Shown here piece by piece: positions 15,045-15,881 of a stretch of DNA of 15,881 bases. The notes below the pieces were generated by a model. The model saw only the letters and a program-made list of their open reading frames with translations. It ran no database searches and was not told the origin of the DNA. Position numbers and translations under genes: made by a program. Position 1 is the first letter of the stretch. Each line of letters begins with the position of its first letter. The DNA lies in the NCBI GenBank assembly GCA_045599485.1, contig JAZRWA010000024.1:1-15881 (forward strand). Direction: 5' to 3'. This DNA is from Clostridia bacterium (GTDB taxonomy: Bacteria > Bacillota > Clostridia > Christensenellales > Aristaeellaceae).

Positions 15045-15881
15045 ATGAAAAAACATTTTGCCGCTTCCCTGACGGCGCTGGTGACGGCGCTGCTGCTGGT
15101 GCTTGGCTGCACAGGCGCTTTGGCGGCCAATGGGGTGCCGGAGGTGCTGTTTTCGCTGACCTGGAACGAAAACGGCGTGATGATGCAGTCTGACGCTGCG
15201 CCGCTGGCGGACAGCCCGGACAGCTACTGGCTGTATGTGCCGCAGGGCGCGCTTCAGAACGACGCGACCCTTTCGGTGTATGACACCACGGGGCGTTATG
15301 CCTATTTTTCACTGGCAAACGGCACGCCGCTTTCGGCCGTTGGCTATCTGGATGCCGGCAGCCAGGCAAACGGCAACGCCCTGCCGGTGCTGGCGTATGA
15401 CGCCTCCTATCAGCTGATCGGGCAGTTGAACCTGTACATTTCCACTGTGACCGATGCGCCGCTGCCGCCCGCGCAGCCCGATACCACGGTGATGGTGTAT
15501 TATGTCGATCAGAACTATAACAGCATCGCTTCGCCCACCACGGTGAATGTGCCTTACGGTCAGACCGTGACGGTAACGCCCTCCGCGTGGGACATTCCCG
15601 CGGGCTACACCCTGCAGGGCAGCAGCCAGCAGAATGCCAGCTACACGGACAGCGCGATCTATTTTGTGTACGCCGCCCCGCAGAACACAATGGTGACGGT
15701 GTACTATGTCGATCAGAACTACAACAGCATCGCGACCCCGACCACCATTGAGGTGCCGTACGGACAGACGGTGACCGTCACGCCCTCCGCGTGGGACATT
15801 CCCACGGGCTACACCCTGCAGGGCAGCAGCCAGCAGAATGCCAGCTACACGGACAGCGCGATCTATTTTGTGTACGCCGCG
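15045..15881 (+). CDS. Secreted, possibly lipid-anchored surface protein with MucBP-like tandem repeats; 3' end off window
   Basis: This ORF is not in the supplied track because it has no stop inside the window; it was hand-translated from ATG 15045 (GGAGG upstream). The product begins MKKHFAASLTALVTALLLVLGCTGALAANG..., a signal peptide with a lipobox-like VLGC. Later it has two 68-aa repeats, V(Y)YVDQNYNSIA.PTT..VPYGQTVTVTPSAWDIP.GYTLQGSSQQNASYTDSAIYFVYAA, resembling MucBP adhesin domains. The frame is open for 279 codons to the window end. Confidence 0.75.
   Translation, partial: MKKHFAASLTALVTALLLVLGCTGALAANGVPEVLFSLTWNENGVMMQSDAAPLADSPDSYWLYVPQGALQNDATLSVYDTTGRYAYFSLANGTPLSAVGYLDAGSQANGNALPVLAYDASYQLIGQLNLYISTVTDAPLPPAQPDTTVMVYYVDQNYNSIASPTTVNVPYGQTVTVTPSAWDIPAGYTLQGSSQQNASYTDSAIYFVYAAPQNTMVTVYYVDQNYNSIATPTTIEVPYGQTVTVTPSAWDIPTGYTLQGSSQQNASYTDSAIYFVYAA
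15486..15881 (+). repeat. 204-bp in-frame tandem repeat (unit 1 is 15486-15689; unit 2 is 15690-15881 and is cut by the window end)
   Basis: TATGTCGATCAGAACT recurs at 15501 and 15705, giving a 204-nt period. The distal 102 nt of the units (15576-15677 vs 15780-15881) differ at only 2 positions. The proximal ~90 nt differ at many positions. Confidence 0.85.

Noticed and set aside
1-15881. The window could be a TAG-recoded phage or prophage (code 15 type).
   Set aside because: The content is chromosomal housekeeping: parS, HU, the yabN-flippase synteny, copA, Nudix. There are no capsid, terminase, integrase or other phage genes.

Overview
GC-rich (about 65% in sampled lines) bacterial chromosomal window with Firmicutes/Clostridia-like features: GGAGG ribosome-binding sites, TTGACA-17-TATAAT promoters, and the flippase-yabN-hup gene order. 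It is probably origin-proximal, because two perfect parS palindromes sit upstream of the first gene. Gene content, in order:
- a partial AddA-type helicase-nuclease (-)
- a csoR-copA copper-efflux unit with a translationally coupled DeoR-family regulator (+)
- an 0.86-kb low-GC single-gene islet bounded by ~70-bp inverted repeats
- an EamA transporter, a DUF362/ferredoxin protein, HU, a YabN-like methylase-MazG fusion and a SpoVB/MurJ-type flippase (all -)
- a 36-codon membrane ORF, a TIGR03905-type 4-Cys protein, a RimJ-like GNAT and a Nudix ADP-ribose pyrophosphatase (all -)
- the 5' part of a secreted protein with MucBP-like tandem repeats (+)

The main observation concerns TAG. Three conserved genes (addA-like, yabN-like, GNAT) are each interrupted only by in-frame TAG codons, five in total. 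There are no frameshifts and no TAA or TGA interruptions, and conserved motifs continue in frame on both sides of each TAG. All 13 complete CDS in the window end in TAA (11) or TGA (2); none ends in TAG. This is the signature expected if UAG is decoded as sense (reassignment, pyrrolysine or an efficient amber suppressor) rather than of ordinary pseudogenes. The window cannot prove it: no suppressor tRNA, pyl genes or release-factor genes are visible here.
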